The notes under the pieces: generated by a model
Databases searched by the model: none
The model's input: the letters and a program-made list of their open reading frames with translations, nothing else
What the model was told of the DNA's origin: nothing
Translations under genes and position numbers: made by a program
NCBI GenBank assembly: GCA_041747075.1
Contig: JBGTFW010000169.1
Location: forward strand, 527-64,526
Direction: 5' to 3'
Source: Pirellulaceae bacterium
GTDB lineage: Bacteria > Planctomycetota > Planctomycetia > Pirellulales > Pirellulaceae
Length of the DNA: 64,000 nucleotides
In this document: positions 50,363-60,871 of the stretch, piece after piece
Position numbering within the stretch: the stretch's first letter is position 1
Layout: each line of letters opens with the position of its first letter

Positions 50363-52294
50363 ATGTTCAGCAGCAAGATATCCCTTTCGCAGTTTTTCTT
50401 TGCCATTGCGTCGCTCGCGATCGTCGGCGGGATCATGTATTTCTGCAAACCGGTGCTGATGCCGGTCGCCCTGAGCGTGCTGCTCGCGTTCGCACTCAAT
50501 CCTGTCGTGCAAGTCTTTGAACGGTGGGGGCTGGGGCGAATCATGTCGGTCGTACTGACGACCCTCATGGCGACCGCGGCAATCGGACTCGTTTGCTGGT
50601 TGCTTTTTACGCAAGTTCGCGACCTTGCCGAGGAACTTCCCAGCCACAAACACACGATCAAGGAAAAGATCGATACGTTGATGGTTTCCGAGAATTCCAC
50701 ACTCGGCCGCCTCAAGCAAATGGCGGAAGAACTCTTCGAGGGAACGGGGGAACCGGATGCGACGGAATTGAAAGGCGAATTAGCTGGAGGCGGGGATATT
50801 GTGGAGGGCGAACCCGAAGACGCGAAGGAGGTCGTCGTCGCGCGGGCGGAATCCTCGCCTTTATCAGCGGCGGTGGCGGGGCTGCTTGCCCTGGTCACTC
50901 CATTGGCGATCACCGCGCTGGTTTTTGTACTCGCGATATTCCTGCTCTTGAAACGCGAGGATGTGCGCGATCGCGTTCTTTCGCTGGTGGGCGACGAATC
51001 CTTGAGCGGGACGACACGGCTCATGCAGGATACGACGAAACGGGTAAGTCGTTACTTGCTGAACCTGATCCTCGTCAATTCATTGTTCGGAATCTGGTTT
51101 GGCGCGGGGTTATGGTTGCTGGACGTGCCTCATGCGTTGTTGTGGGGCCTCTTCACTGCCTTGTTTCGCTTCATTCCCTTCGTGGGAAGTCCCGCGTCCG
51201 TGGCGTTTCCGCTGTTGATGAGCATCGCCAGTTCGACGGGCTGGACGCAGCCCCTGCTCGTTCTCGTATTTTTTTCAGTTTCCGAATTCGCGACGGCCAA
51301 TTTCATCGAACCGCTCCTCTTCGGAAAAACGACGGGTCTTTCACCGCTTGCGTTGCTGAGCGCGGCGCTTTTCTGGGGATGGATCTGGGGCGCAATCGGG
51401 CTGGTGCTGACGACGCCACTGACCGTTTGCCTGGTGGTGCTCGGCATGCACATTCCCGCTCTTCGCTGGCTCAAGGTGATGCTCGCGGAACAGCCGCCGC
51501 TCAAGGCGCGGCACCAGTATTTTCAGCGGCTTCTCGCGGAAGACGACAGCGGTGCGCGGCGCGTCTTTGACCAATTCGCCAGCGAGCACGACACGTTGGA
51601 TGCCTTTGACGAAGTTATTGTCCCGTCGCTGCTCATGACGCGAAGCGAACGCGCGGCGGATACCATCCGCGCCGACGAGGAAAAACGATTGTGGAAATCC
51701 CACCAGGAATTACTCGTTTCGCTGGAAGGCTCCGCAAAGGCGCGGGACAGTTCCGGCGAATCACCTCCGGACGAGCCGGGTGGATTTCCGGCGAGCGAGA
51801 GCGACGCACCGCGACGCGACGCACCGTTGATCTATGGCTACCCGGTGCATCACCAGTCGGAAGAACTGGGGCTCGTCATGTTGCGCCTTGTGATCCGCGA
51901 TGCCACCCGGTTCGCGTTGTGCTCCACCAGGACGCTGCCACGCAAGGCGCTCGAGGAGATCAAGTCATCGAGGCCGGCGGTCGTCGTGCTCGCGGTCATT
52001 CAGCCTGGAGGACTGCCGCAACTCAGGAACATGTGCCGCAAGCTCGGCAAGGCCTGTCCCGAAATACCCGTCGTTGTGATGTTCTTGTCGGAAATCGCGG
52101 AGTATGACGATTTTCTTGTCAGTCTGCGCGAACTGGGCGTCGATTACCTGACAACAACGTTGCGCCAGACGAAAGCACAAATTGAAAATATTCTGGTTGA
52201 AAGCGGAGAAGCGGTTCGTGAATCCGCTTCCCCTTCGACCAAAGACCCTGAAGCGAACGCCGACGATGTCCAGGCAAGCCTGACCCATGCATGA
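50363..52294 (+). CDS. AI-2E (PerM/UPF0118) family transporter with a ~250-aa cytoplasmic C-terminal extension
   Basis: The N-terminal ~390 aa are polytopic AI-2E-like (PVLMPVALSVLLAFALNPVV, IPFVGSP). The C-terminal soluble region has a helical-bundle plus Rossmann-like pattern. Confidence 0.7.
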   Translation: MFSSKISLSQFFFAIASLAIVGGIMYFCKPVLMPVALSVLLAFALNPVVQVFERWGLGRIMSVVLTTLMATAAIGLVCWLLFTQVRDLAEELPSHKHTIKEKIDTLMVSENSTLGRLKQMAEELFEGTGEPDATELKGELAGGGDIVEGEPEDAKEVVVARAESSPLSAAVAGLLALVTPLAITALVFVLAIFLLLKREDVRDRVLSLVGDESLSGTTRLMQDTTKRVSRYLLNLILVNSLFGIWFGAGLWLLDVPHALLWGLFTALFRFIPFVGSPASVAFPLLMSIASSTGWTQPLLVLVFFSVSEFATANFIEPLLFGKTTGLSPLALLSAALFWGWIWGAIGLVLTTPLTVCLVVLGMHIPALRWLKVMLAEQPPLKARHQYFQRLLAEDDSGARRVFDQFASEHDTLDAFDEVIVPSLLMTRSERAADTIRADEEKRLWKSHQELLVSLEGSAKARDSSGESPPDEPGGFPASESDAPRRDAPLIYGYPVHHQSEELGLVMLRLVIRDATRFALCSTRTLPRKALEEIKSSRPAVVVLAVIQPGGLPQLRNMCRKLGKACPEIPVVVMFLSEIAEYDDFLVSLRELGVDYLTTTLRQTKAQIENILVESGEAVRESASPSTKDPEANADDVQASLTHA

Positions 52295-55001
52295 GACCCT
52301 CCGGAAAATCGACACGTATGTCTCGACGCGCGACTGGCTCGCTCCGATCGGGCTGTTGGTCCTGCTGCTCTTTCTTGTTGGCAGCGCATTGCTCATTTAC
52401 CGCAACGTCTCGGCGTTAAATGAGTCGGCCGAATGGGTTTCTCACACACGCGAAGTACTCACGGCGACCGAAGGGATGTTGTCCGACATGAATGAAGCCG
52501 ACGCGTCGACGCGAGGGTTCCTTCTCACGGGGGACGATTCGTTTCAGGAGCGAGCCAAAGCGACGGCGACGGCCGCGTTGGCGCGGCTCGACGCCTTGCA
52601 GAGGCTCGTCGAGGACAATCCGCGGCAGGTGCCGCGTCTCAGCCTGCTCGACAGGATACTCCAGGAAAAGTTCGCCCTCGGACACCGGTTGCGGGAGAAT
52701 CGTGACGGTGACACCCGGTTGGACCGGGAATCGATGGCGCTGCTTGTCGACGCTTCGGAATTGAGTTTGCGAATCAAGGAGGTCGTGCATGAAGTGGAAC
52801 GCTCCGAGCATGAGCTTCTGGAAATACGGCAGGATTCGATGCAGCTCCGCCGCCGTCAAACGATGGTCACCTTGCTCGCCTTTACGCTGATCGGGTCGGC
52901 GTTGTCCGGCGTCCTCTACTGGTTGTTGAGGCGTCACTGGCGCTTGCAGCGGCTTGCCCGCGCCCAAACGGCGCGGTTCGACCGGGAACTTGGCGAGATG
53001 GCACGTTACAACGAGCGCTTGCTCATATCCACGGGCGAAGGAATTTACGGAATCGACCCGAACGGGCGTTGCACGTTTATCAACCGCTCGGCGGCGGTGA
53101 TGCTGGGCGGCGAAGCGGAAGATTTTATGGGCAAGGACATGCACGAACTGGTCCACCACAGCCACGCCGACGGCCAACCTTTTCCCGCGGTCGACTGCCC
53201 GATCTATCAGGCGGTTCGCAGCGGCGACGGATGTCGCAAGGACGACGAGGTTTTCTGGACACTCGACAACCGTCCCTTTCCGGTTGATTACTCGTCGTTC
53301 CCGATTTTCGCCGAGGAGGACCCCGCCCGCATCGAGGGCGCGGTGATCACCTTTAACAACATTTCAGCCAGCGTCCGCGCACGAAAGGAACTTCACGAAG
53401 CCGTCGAAGCGGCCGAGGCCGCCAACCAGTCGAAGAGCCAGTTTCTTGCGAACATGTCGCACGAACTGAGGACGCCGCTCAATGCCGTGATGATGTACAG
53501 TGAACTGCTCATCGAGGAAGCCGAGGACCAGGAAGTCAACGAATTTATTCCCGATCTGAAAAAAATCCGCGGCGCGGGCCGGCACCTGCTCGAACTGGTG
53601 AACAGCCTGCTTGACCTGTCGAAAATCGAAGCCGGCAAGATGGAGTTGTTTCCCGAGGAGTTGAGCATTCCCGACGTGCTTCGAGACATCGCAACGACGA
53701 TGCAGCCGATGATGGAAAAGAACGGCAATGAGTTGCGAGTTGACGTCGCGGACGATTGCAAAACGATGGTCGCCGACGTCACGAAGGTTCGCCAGATTCT
53801 TCTCAACCTGCTTTCAAACGCCGCCAAGTTCACCGAAAATGGCGACGTTACGTTGAACGCCTCAGTCGTCGAAAATGGTGACCAGCGAAACATTGTCTTT
53901 CAGGTTTCCGATACGGGAATCGGCATGAGCGCGGAAGTCGAGTCGCGATTGTTCCTGCCCTTTAGCCAGGCCGATGCGTCGACGACGCGGAAGTATGGAG
54001 GGACGGGACTGGGGCTTGCCATCATTCAGCGATTCACCGAGTTGATGCAGGGAAGCGTCGGCGTCGAGAGCGTCGAGGGTAAGGGAAGTACGTTCACCGT
54101 CACCCTTCCCGAACGCGCTGAGGCACCCGTCGTTCAGCCCCGGACGACGTTACGCGACGATGACGCGGCGACGCCCGCCCACCGCGAGAAGCTTGAGAAA
54201 CTGAGCGGCAAGGACATCCCGATCGTCCTTGTCATTGACGATGACCCGGCCATTCGCGAAGTCCTCACCCGCGCGCTCATTGCCGAGAACATTCGCCCGC
54301 TTACCGCCTCCAACGGTGCCGAGGGCATTCAACGTTGTCGCGAAACCCACCCCGACCTGATCATCCTCGACGTGCTCATGCCCAAGGTCGATGGATGGTC
54401 GGTCCTCGCGGCGCTGAAGGCCGACGACAATCTCGCCGACATTCCGGTTGTGGTGCATTCAATACGCGAAGATCGCGAACTGGGGTTCATGCTCGGAGCG
54501 AGCGAGTACCTTGTCAAACCCGTCGATCGACGCCGGTTGCTCGCGGTGCTTCACAGACACTTGAACACGGCGGACGATCTGGTTCTGGTTGTTGACGACG
54601 ACGAGCCAACGTCGCGCCTGATTTCCCGCGTCATCAAGCGACAGGGTTGGCGGGCCGTCGAGGCCGGAAACGGATTTGAAGCCCTTGAAGAGCTTGCCCG
54701 CGAGACGCCATCTGCTATTCTTCTGGACTTGATGATGCCTCAAATGGACGGCTTCACCTTCCTCGAACACCTGCACGCCAATAAGCTTTGGCAGGACATT
54801 CCGGTCGTCATTCTCACGGCGCGTGACTTGACCGCCGAGGAACGCGAGCGACTCAATGGCAGTGTTCTGCGTATTGTTGAAAAGTCCGGTGTCAATCGTG
54901 ACCGTTTGCTCGATGAAGTGCGACGAACACTCGAAAAAGCACTCCACGTCTCGGCTGAAAAACATTCATCGGCCGATGGTGCCCGCACCACGATAAATTG
55001 A
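52287..55001 (+). CDS. hybrid sensor histidine kinase (CHASE3-PAS-HisKA-HATPase-REC-REC)
   Basis: CHASE3 signature WVSHTREVL...[14 protein letters not shown] between two TM helices. PAS ([15 protein letters not shown]), H-box [17 protein letters not shown]-box GGTGLGLAI and two receivers ([20 protein letters not shown]). Overlaps the transporter gene by 8 nt. Confidence 0.85.
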   Translation: MHETLRKIDTYVSTRDWLAPIGLLVLLLFLVGSALLIYRNVSALNESAEWVSHTREVLTATEGMLSDMNEADASTRGFLLTGDDSFQERAKATATAALARLDALQRLVEDNPRQVPRLSLLDRILQEKFALGHRLRENRDGDTRLDRESMALLVDASELSLRIKEVVHEVERSEHELLEIRQDSMQLRRRQTMVTLLAFTLIGSALSGVLYWLLRRHWRLQRLARAQTARFDRELGEMARYNERLLISTGEGIYGIDPNGRCTFINRSAAVMLGGEAEDFMGKDMHELVHHSHADGQPFPAVDCPIYQAVRSGDGCRKDDEVFWTLDNRPFPVDYSSFPIFAEEDPARIEGAVITFNNISASVRARKELHEAVEAAEAANQSKSQFLANMSHELRTPLNAVMMYSELLIEEAEDQEVNEFIPDLKKIRGAGRHLLELVNSLLDLSKIEAGKMELFPEELSIPDVLRDIATTMQPMMEKNGNELRVDVADDCKTMVADVTKVRQILLNLLSNAAKFTENGDVTLNASVVENGDQRNIVFQVSDTGIGMSAEVESRLFLPFSQADASTTRKYGGTGLGLAIIQRFTELMQGSVGVESVEGKGSTFTVTLPERAEAPVVQPRTTLRDDDAATPAHREKLEKLSGKDIPIVLVIDDDPAIREVLTRALIAENIRPLTASNGAEGIQRCRETHPDLIILDVLMPKVDGWSVLAALKADDNLADIPVVVHSIREDRELGFMLGASEYLVKPVDRRRLLAVLHRHLNTADDLVLVVDDDEPTSRLISRVIKRQGWRAVEAGNGFEALEELARETPSAILLDLMMPQMDGFTFLEHLHANKLWQDIPVVILTARDLTAEERERLNGSVLRIVEKSGVNRDRLLDEVRRTLEKALHVSAEKHSSADGARTTIN

Positions 55002-55055
55002 CATTGCCTCACCGTTTACCTTGCCGGGTTCTACTTCCAATTTCCAGAAAACCAT

Positions 55056-55439
55056 ATGCCGAAAATCCTGATTGTTGACGACAGCGAGGACAACCGCGAT
55101 GTCCTTGCGCGACGCCTCACCCGGCGCGGATTCGAAGTCGAAATCGCCGGCAGCGGCAGGCAGGCAATTGAAGATACCGCTAACACAAACCCCGATCTGA
55201 TCCTGATGGACATGAACATGCCGGAAATGGACGGTTGGGAAGCAACACGGACCTTGCGGGAAAAAGGGGTTGTCACTCCGATCATTGCCCTCACCGCCCA
55301 CGCAATGACGGGGGACCGCGAGCGGGCCATCGAGGCCGGCTGCACGGATTACCACGCCAAGCCGGTCGAGATGCCGCAATTGCTGGCCCTCATCAACCAG
55401 TTGCTCGAACATTCCGGCGATTCGACACCGATCGAATGA
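55056..55439 (+). CDS. single-domain response regulator (CheY-like)
   Basis: ILIVDDSEDNRDVL ... LILMDMNMPEMDG ... ALTAHA ... KP. Confidence 0.85.
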   Translation: MPKILIVDDSEDNRDVLARRLTRRGFEVEIAGSGRQAIEDTANTNPDLILMDMNMPEMDGWEATRTLREKGVVTPIIALTAHAMTGDRERAIEAGCTDYHAKPVEMPQLLALINQLLEHSGDSTPIE

Positions 55440-56734
55440 AACGCGACGGGAAATCAACGAATCTCCGCGCCTGGAACGACGACGTTCCACGGGTCGGGAC
55501 AATTCTCGTCGTTGACGACACGGATATGAATCGCGACGTGCTTTCCCGCCGTCTGCAACGCGACGGGCACGAGGTGGTAACGGCAGGTAACGGACGCGAA
55601 GCCCTGCAACTTATCTCGGAAAATGAATTTGACCTCGTCCTCCTCGATGTCATGATGCCGGAAATCAGCGGACTGGAAGTGCTGAAACAGGTTCGCGAAT
55701 CCAAATCGATGCAGGTATTGCCAGTCATCATGGCGACCGGATTGTCCGAAACCGAGGACGTCATCGAGGGACTTCGCCTGGGCGCGAATGATTACGTCAC
55801 CAAGCCTCTGAACTTTCCCGTTCTCCAGGCCCGCGTCGCGACGCAACTGGGGCTCAAGGCCATGAGCGACGAACTGAATCGGCTCAACCAGCGAATGAAA
55901 CAGGGGCTCGTCTCCGCCGCGCATGTTCAAAAGGCCGGGTTGCCCATCGAGATTCCCGAAGGAACCTCGTTTCGCTTTGCGTGGCGATTTTGTCCTTGCG
56001 AGGAACTGGCTGGTGACGGAATGGCGTTGATCCCGATCGACGAGCGCTTTACCGTGGTCGCGCTGTGGGATGTCTCCGGGCACGGGGTTCCCGCCTCGCT
56101 GCTTTCGGTGGCGATTTCCCACACGCTCAGCCCGCGCGTCGGGCGCAATTCAGTCATTTTTGACGCGGAGTCCGAGCCGCCGCGACTGGCCGAACCCGCC
56201 GCCGTTGCCTCCAGGCTGAACGAGATTTTTCCGATGATTTGCAGTCACAATCTCCATTTCACCATGTGTTACGGGATTCTCGACAATGAGCAGGGGACGT
56301 TTCAGTTTTCCTCGGCCGGCCACCCGCCGCCCATTCAGGTTGGCGCGGGCGACTCGCTCGTTGAACACGTCATAACAGGCTTTCCGATCGGCGTGGTCGA
56401 CGCGGACCTGTCGGGAAATGCCGCATCGATGACGCCATCCAGTCCCTCAAACAAAACGAACGGTGAGACGATGTTTCGCGAAAGTACTGTTCGGTTGTCA
56501 GAAGGCGATCGCCTTTTTCTGTACTCGGACGGACTGATTGAAGAGCCGAACGAAGAGGGCGAGTTTTTTGGAAGCAAGCATTTTCATCAGACACTGCGCG
56601 ATATTCATGACGTTGATGTCGACGCGGGCCTTGATCGATTGCTCGGCGGTCTTGAGGCATGGCGCGGCGGCAAGAACTTCAATGACGACGTGTCGGTGCT
56701 CGCGATTGAGCGAAAGGACTGCGGGTCGTCGTAG
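55436..56734 (+). CDS. response regulator receiver fused to a PP2C/SpoIIE-type phosphatase
   Basis: The ATG at 55436 overlaps the previous stop (ATGA). REC (ILVVDDTDMNRDVL, LLDVMMPEISG), then a SpoIIE-like domain (GDGMALIPID, WDVSGHG, LFLYSDGLIE, NDDVSVLAI). Confidence 0.8.
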   Translation: MKRDGKSTNLRAWNDDVPRVGTILVVDDTDMNRDVLSRRLQRDGHEVVTAGNGREALQLISENEFDLVLLDVMMPEISGLEVLKQVRESKSMQVLPVIMATGLSETEDVIEGLRLGANDYVTKPLNFPVLQARVATQLGLKAMSDELNRLNQRMKQGLVSAAHVQKAGLPIEIPEGTSFRFAWRFCPCEELAGDGMALIPIDERFTVVALWDVSGHGVPASLLSVAISHTLSPRVGRNSVIFDAESEPPRLAEPAAVASRLNEIFPMICSHNLHFTMCYGILDNEQGTFQFSSAGHPPPIQVGAGDSLVEHVITGFPIGVVDADLSGNAASMTPSSPSNKTNGETMFRESTVRLSEGDRLFLYSDGLIEEPNEEGEFFGSKHFHQTLRDIHDVDVDAGLDRLLGGLEAWRGGKNFNDDVSVLAIERKDCGSS

Positions 56735-56850
56735 TAAGCCACCGGCGCCAGCCGCGGGTCACAAACGGATCGCCAGGCTCCGCAAACGGGCGGGCACACG
56801 TCTCCGATCCCGCGGATGAAGAAGGAGCACGGAAAAAAGAGTACGGAAGT

Positions 56851-56975
56851 TGGTCCGCAGATTGCGCAGATTTTCGCGGAAAAACCGAAAACCGAAAAGC
56901 CGAAGACTCAACCCCCCTACAATCAAATCTGGACTCTAAACTCTGGACTCTGAACTCTGGACTCTAAACTCTATT
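56851..56975. repeat. intergenic element: conserved core plus GGACTCT(A/G)AACTCT low-complexity tract
   Basis: agttggtccgcagattgcgcagattttcgcgg (inverted match to 24985-25015), aaaccga repeats, then ctggactctaaactctggactctgaactctggactctaaactct, ending 2 nt before the ATG at 56977. Confidence 0.8.
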
Positions 56976-56976
56976 C

Positions 56977-57762
56977 ATGTCGCAATTCGTCAAACTCGCT
57001 GTCGAACGGGGCGTGGCGCGCCTTACTCTCGATCGGCCCGAGAAGCGGAATGCCTTGTGCCGCGAGATGATCGTTGACTTGCGGGACGCCGTGCGGCGGG
57101 TTGCGAGTGAACCGGAAGCGCGCGTTCTCGTCCTTGCCGCGACCGGTGACGTGTTTTGCGCCGGCATGGACCTCGGCGAGATGCAGCAGCGCGCCGCCGC
57201 GGACGATCCGGCAAGCGAATTGCTTGTTGACTCGCGGGTCTACGCCGACTTGCTGCACGATCTGTTTCGCCTGCCCCTCCCGACCGTCGCCGCCGTACAA
57301 GGACCAGTGCTGGCCGGTGGAATGGGACTTGTCTGCGCGTGCGACATCGTCATTGCGGCGGAGTCGGCGTACTTCCTGCTTCCCGAACCGGCGCGCGGAA
57401 TCACTGCCGCCATGGTCACCCCGCTGCTCGTCCATCGGATCGGGCCCGGACCCGCCAGCGCGATGCTCCTTTCGATGGAAAAACTGAGCGCTTTCGAGGC
57501 GCTGCGAACGGGACTCTGTCGCGACGTTGTGCCCGGCGAAGGACTGGATTCCCGCGTCAACCAGCTCGTTGATTCGATTTTGACCGGCTCCCCCGCGGCG
57601 CTCGCCTTGACCAAACGGCATATTAACCAATGCCTCGCGGCACCAGTCGAACCGCTCATTCGCCAGTCTGTGGAAGTCTCGTCGTCCGCCCGCGAATCCG
57701 ACGACGCGCGCGAAGGCGTCGCCGCCTTTCTCGAAAAACGAAAAGCCCGCTGGCAACACTGA
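56977..57762 (+). CDS. enoyl-CoA hydratase/isomerase (crotonase) family protein
   Basis: RPEKRNAL, VFCAGMDL, AAVQGPVLAGGMGL, EGVAAFLEKR. Confidence 0.8.
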   Translation: MSQFVKLAVERGVARLTLDRPEKRNALCREMIVDLRDAVRRVASEPEARVLVLAATGDVFCAGMDLGEMQQRAAADDPASELLVDSRVYADLLHDLFRLPLPTVAAVQGPVLAGGMGLVCACDIVIAAESAYFLLPEPARGITAAMVTPLLVHRIGPGPASAMLLSMEKLSAFEALRTGLCRDVVPGEGLDSRVNQLVDSILTGSPAALALTKRHINQCLAAPVEPLIRQSVEVSSSARESDDAREGVAAFLEKRKARWQH

Positions 57763-57789
57763 AACCGCTCAACAAGGACTGTATTCTTT

Positions 57790-58542
57790 ATGATCTCCAT
57801 CGACCTCTCCGGCAAGACGGCAATTGTCACCGGTTCCAGCCAGGGAATTGGACGGACCTGTGCGGAAACTCTTCACACCGCCGGGGCCAACATCGTTGTC
57901 AACTATTTTGAGGATCGAGAAGGCCACAACCGCGAACGCGCCGATCAGGTCGTTCGCAAACTGGGCGATCGCGCCATCATGCTGGCCGCCGACGTGCGGC
58001 ACCCCGATCAACTCGACCATCTGGTCGCCAAGACCATGGGGACCTTCGGTTCCATCGACATTCTTGTCAACAACGCGGGAATTCTTCGCGATCGCAGCTT
58101 CCGAAAAATGAGCCAGGACGAATGGCAGACCGTAATCGATACCAACCTGACCGGCGTTTTTAACAGTTGCAAGGCCGCTCTTGAGCATCTCTCCGATGGC
58201 GGAACGATTGTCAACGTCGCGTCGCTCTCGGCGGTTACCGGGTTCTTTGGACAAGCCAATTACGCCGCCGCCAAGGCGGGTGTGATGACATTGACCAGGG
58301 TGCTGAGCCGCGAACTGGCCCGGCGAAACATTCGCGTCAACGCCGTCGCGCCGGGAGTCGTTGATACGGAAATGGGCCAATCAATTCCTGAAGAAAACCG
58401 CAAGGCGATGCTCGCCAACGTGCCGCTGGGGCGGTTCGCCGAACCAGCCGAGATCGCTGACGTGATCGTCTTTCTTGCCAGCGACCTGGCCTCCTACATC
58501 ACTGGTCAGACGATCCACGTCAACGGCGGCTGGTGGGGGTAA
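57790..58542 (+). CDS. fabG: SDR family 3-oxoacyl-ACP reductase-like oxidoreductase
   Basis: TGSSQGIGR, NNAG, S...YAAAKAG catalytic triad region, and the C-terminal GQTIHVNGG. Confidence 0.75.
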   Translation: MISIDLSGKTAIVTGSSQGIGRTCAETLHTAGANIVVNYFEDREGHNRERADQVVRKLGDRAIMLAADVRHPDQLDHLVAKTMGTFGSIDILVNNAGILRDRSFRKMSQDEWQTVIDTNLTGVFNSCKAALEHLSDGGTIVNVASLSAVTGFFGQANYAAAKAGVMTLTRVLSRELARRNIRVNAVAPGVVDTEMGQSIPEENRKAMLANVPLGRFAEPAEIADVIVFLASDLASYITGQTIHVNGGWWG

Positions 58543-58544
58543 AG

Positions 58545-58740
58545 GAGCTGAGAGTTTAGAGTCGAGAGCCGAGAGTTCGGAGGTGAGAGTTGAGAACTGG
58601 GAGTCGAGTGGAGAGTTACGGAAGCTGAGTCGTTTAACCGCGCCCCGGAGCAGTTCGCTGGCGCCGCGGGTGGCCATTTGTATCGATCTTTCACCAGCGG
58701 ACTGCGCAGGCAAGCGTGCGCCGGGGAAGACTTGAGAGGC
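58545..58740. repeat. modular intergenic element, inverted copy of the 30330-30567 family
   Basis: GA-rich tract (gagagtttagagtcgagag...), then the core. The stem is gcagttcgctgg (58650-58661) pairing with ccagcggactgc (58694-58705). Both conserved blocks match 30411-30506 in reverse complement. Confidence 0.85.
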
Positions 58741-58973
58741 GACAGGAAGAACAGCTAGCGGAAAGTGACGTTGGTTGGGTGGGACGGGGGCTCTTACAAT
58801 TGTCGGCCGCGAAACGTGACCCAGGATTCTCGCTTCCGGCAAACATTCGCTCCACCGAGACAAAATCGGTGGGGGCGGTGTGCGGATGGTGCGTGGGTGC
58901 CGGTTCATGGACTGACAATTGAAACACTCTTGCGGTCAAGTACGCTGGCCCAGGTGCAAAAGGAGTTGCAAGG

Positions 58974-60824
58974 ATGCGCGGATCGCTTTTTCATTTGACG
59001 TTCCTGGCGAGCGTGACAGCGCTGGTTATGTTTACCCAACTGGGGACGGCCAGGCTGTGGGACCGGGACGAGCCGAGAAATGCCGGGTGCGCGCTCGAAA
59101 TGATGAACCGGGGCGACCTCATCGTTCCCATCTTCAACGACGAACTGCGCCATCAGAAGCCGGTTCTGCTGTACTGGCTCATCATTTCCGCCTACCAGGT
59201 CTTCGGGGTCGGCGAATTCGCAGCGCGATTCTGGTCCGCCCTGCTGGCCATTGGCACGGTCCTTGGCACGTATGTCATTGGCCGACGATTGCTTGACACG
59301 CGGTCGGCGTTGCTCGCGGGCGTTTTGCTCGCCACGAGCATGATGTTTGTCGTCGCCGGGCGGGCCGCGACGCCCGATTCGTTGCTCATCTTCTGCGGGA
59401 CAGCGGCCCTCATGTTCTACGTCCTCGGGACGTTCGCGTCGAAGCCGGATTCCGAAGCCGCCCGCCTCAAGGTCGACGGCAATTGGTTTCCCCAAAAAAA
59501 TCGTTACGTCATCGCGATGTATGCAATGATGGGCCTCGGCGTGTTGGCCAAGGGGCCGGTCGGATTCGTGCTTCCCTGTGCCATGATCGGGATGTTCATG
59601 TTGCTGATGCGTCTGCCGCCCCGGGTTGAGCAATCGAATGGACGAGGCAGGCTAATACGAATGATCGGGTCGATGGTTCGTCCCTTTGCGCCGCGGCACT
59701 TTCTCGCCACGCTGTGGTGCATGCGTCCGTTGACGCTGGTTGCCGTGGTGACGCTCGTGGCGGCACCCTGGTATGTCGCCGTTGGAATTCTTACGGAAGG
59801 CGATTGGCCCCGAATCTTTTTTCTGAACGAGAATCTCGCACGGGCGACTTCGTCGTTTGAAGGGCACTGGGGCGGACTCTGGTACTATCCGCTTGTCATC
59901 CTTGTCGGTTTTTTTCCCGCCTCGATTTTTCTCGGTCCGATGATCGTTGACGTCAAGGACCGTTTGTTGAGAAACCCGGATTCGCGAGTGGCAGCGACGT
60001 TTCTGATTTGCCAGGTGGGAGTTCAAGTCGGCCTTTTTTCGCTGGCCGGTACGAAGTTGCCAGGTTACATCACGCCCGGTTACCCGGCGCTTGCCCTGTT
60101 GACCGGCGGGTGGCTTGCGGGTCTGTCGGCACGGATTCCGGCGCGCCCGCTTTCATGGCTTGAACTGATGACCGGACCGGCGTTGATCGCGGCCGGAGTC
60201 GTCGCGACGACCGCGCTGGTCGTCCTGGGAGTCAGCTATCTCGACGGCCAGTTGGCGATTGCCGCGATCGGACTGATCCTTGTGGTCGGTGCCGCGTTGA
60301 TGACGTGGTTGATGGCCTCGGGAAAAGTCGCGGCAGCGACGACGGCGTTTTCCGCGACGGCGGTAGTTTTTGCCACCGTGCTTTTTGGATTCGGCACGGT
60401 GCTCGTTGATTCGCATCGCCAGACTGATCGCATTCTTTCACGCGTCGCGGCCAATCAGGCCTCACCGTGCGTCGCCGCATGGGGGTGTCTCGAATCGAGC
60501 TGGGTTTTTTACGGCGGCAAGCCGATTTATGAGCTGACGAGCGAACGGCAATCGATGGCGTGGCGCGAATCGCAGAGGAACCCATGGCAAAAAAAGGACT
60601 GGCCAAGTCCCGAGCAATTTGTCGCCGCGCATCCGTCGGCGATGTTCATCACCACGAGTGAGCGATGGCGGGAACTTGCCGAACGCCTCCCGCCGGATTT
60701 CGCAATCCTCGAATCGGCGGAATATTTTTTGAAAGACGACCACCTTGTGCTGATCGGTCGCATGACGAAAACCGGCAACCCGTCAATGTCGCGAACGATG
60801 GAAAATCGCGAAGTGTTGCGGTAG
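58974..60824 (+). CDS. GT39/GT83-type (ArnT/PMT-like) membrane glycosyltransferase
   Basis: 616-aa polytopic ORF with N-terminal RLWDRDEPRNAGCALEMM...PIFNDELRHQKPVLLYW. An aaggag SD precedes the ATG at 58974. Confidence 0.75.
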   Translation: MRGSLFHLTFLASVTALVMFTQLGTARLWDRDEPRNAGCALEMMNRGDLIVPIFNDELRHQKPVLLYWLIISAYQVFGVGEFAARFWSALLAIGTVLGTYVIGRRLLDTRSALLAGVLLATSMMFVVAGRAATPDSLLIFCGTAALMFYVLGTFASKPDSEAARLKVDGNWFPQKNRYVIAMYAMMGLGVLAKGPVGFVLPCAMIGMFMLLMRLPPRVEQSNGRGRLIRMIGSMVRPFAPRHFLATLWCMRPLTLVAVVTLVAAPWYVAVGILTEGDWPRIFFLNENLARATSSFEGHWGGLWYYPLVILVGFFPASIFLGPMIVDVKDRLLRNPDSRVAATFLICQVGVQVGLFSLAGTKLPGYITPGYPALALLTGGWLAGLSARIPARPLSWLELMTGPALIAAGVVATTALVVLGVSYLDGQLAIAAIGLILVVGAALMTWLMASGKVAAATTAFSATAVVFATVLFGFGTVLVDSHRQTDRILSRVAANQASPCVAAWGCLESSWVFYGGKPIYELTSERQSMAWRESQRNPWQKKDWPSPEQFVAAHPSAMFITTSERWRELAERLPPDFAILESAEYFLKDDHLVLIGRMTKTGNPSMSRTMENREVLR

Positions 60825-60871
60825 TATTTCCCTGCGGGTTAAGGCACGACGTGGCTGACGGCGTCGGCTGG

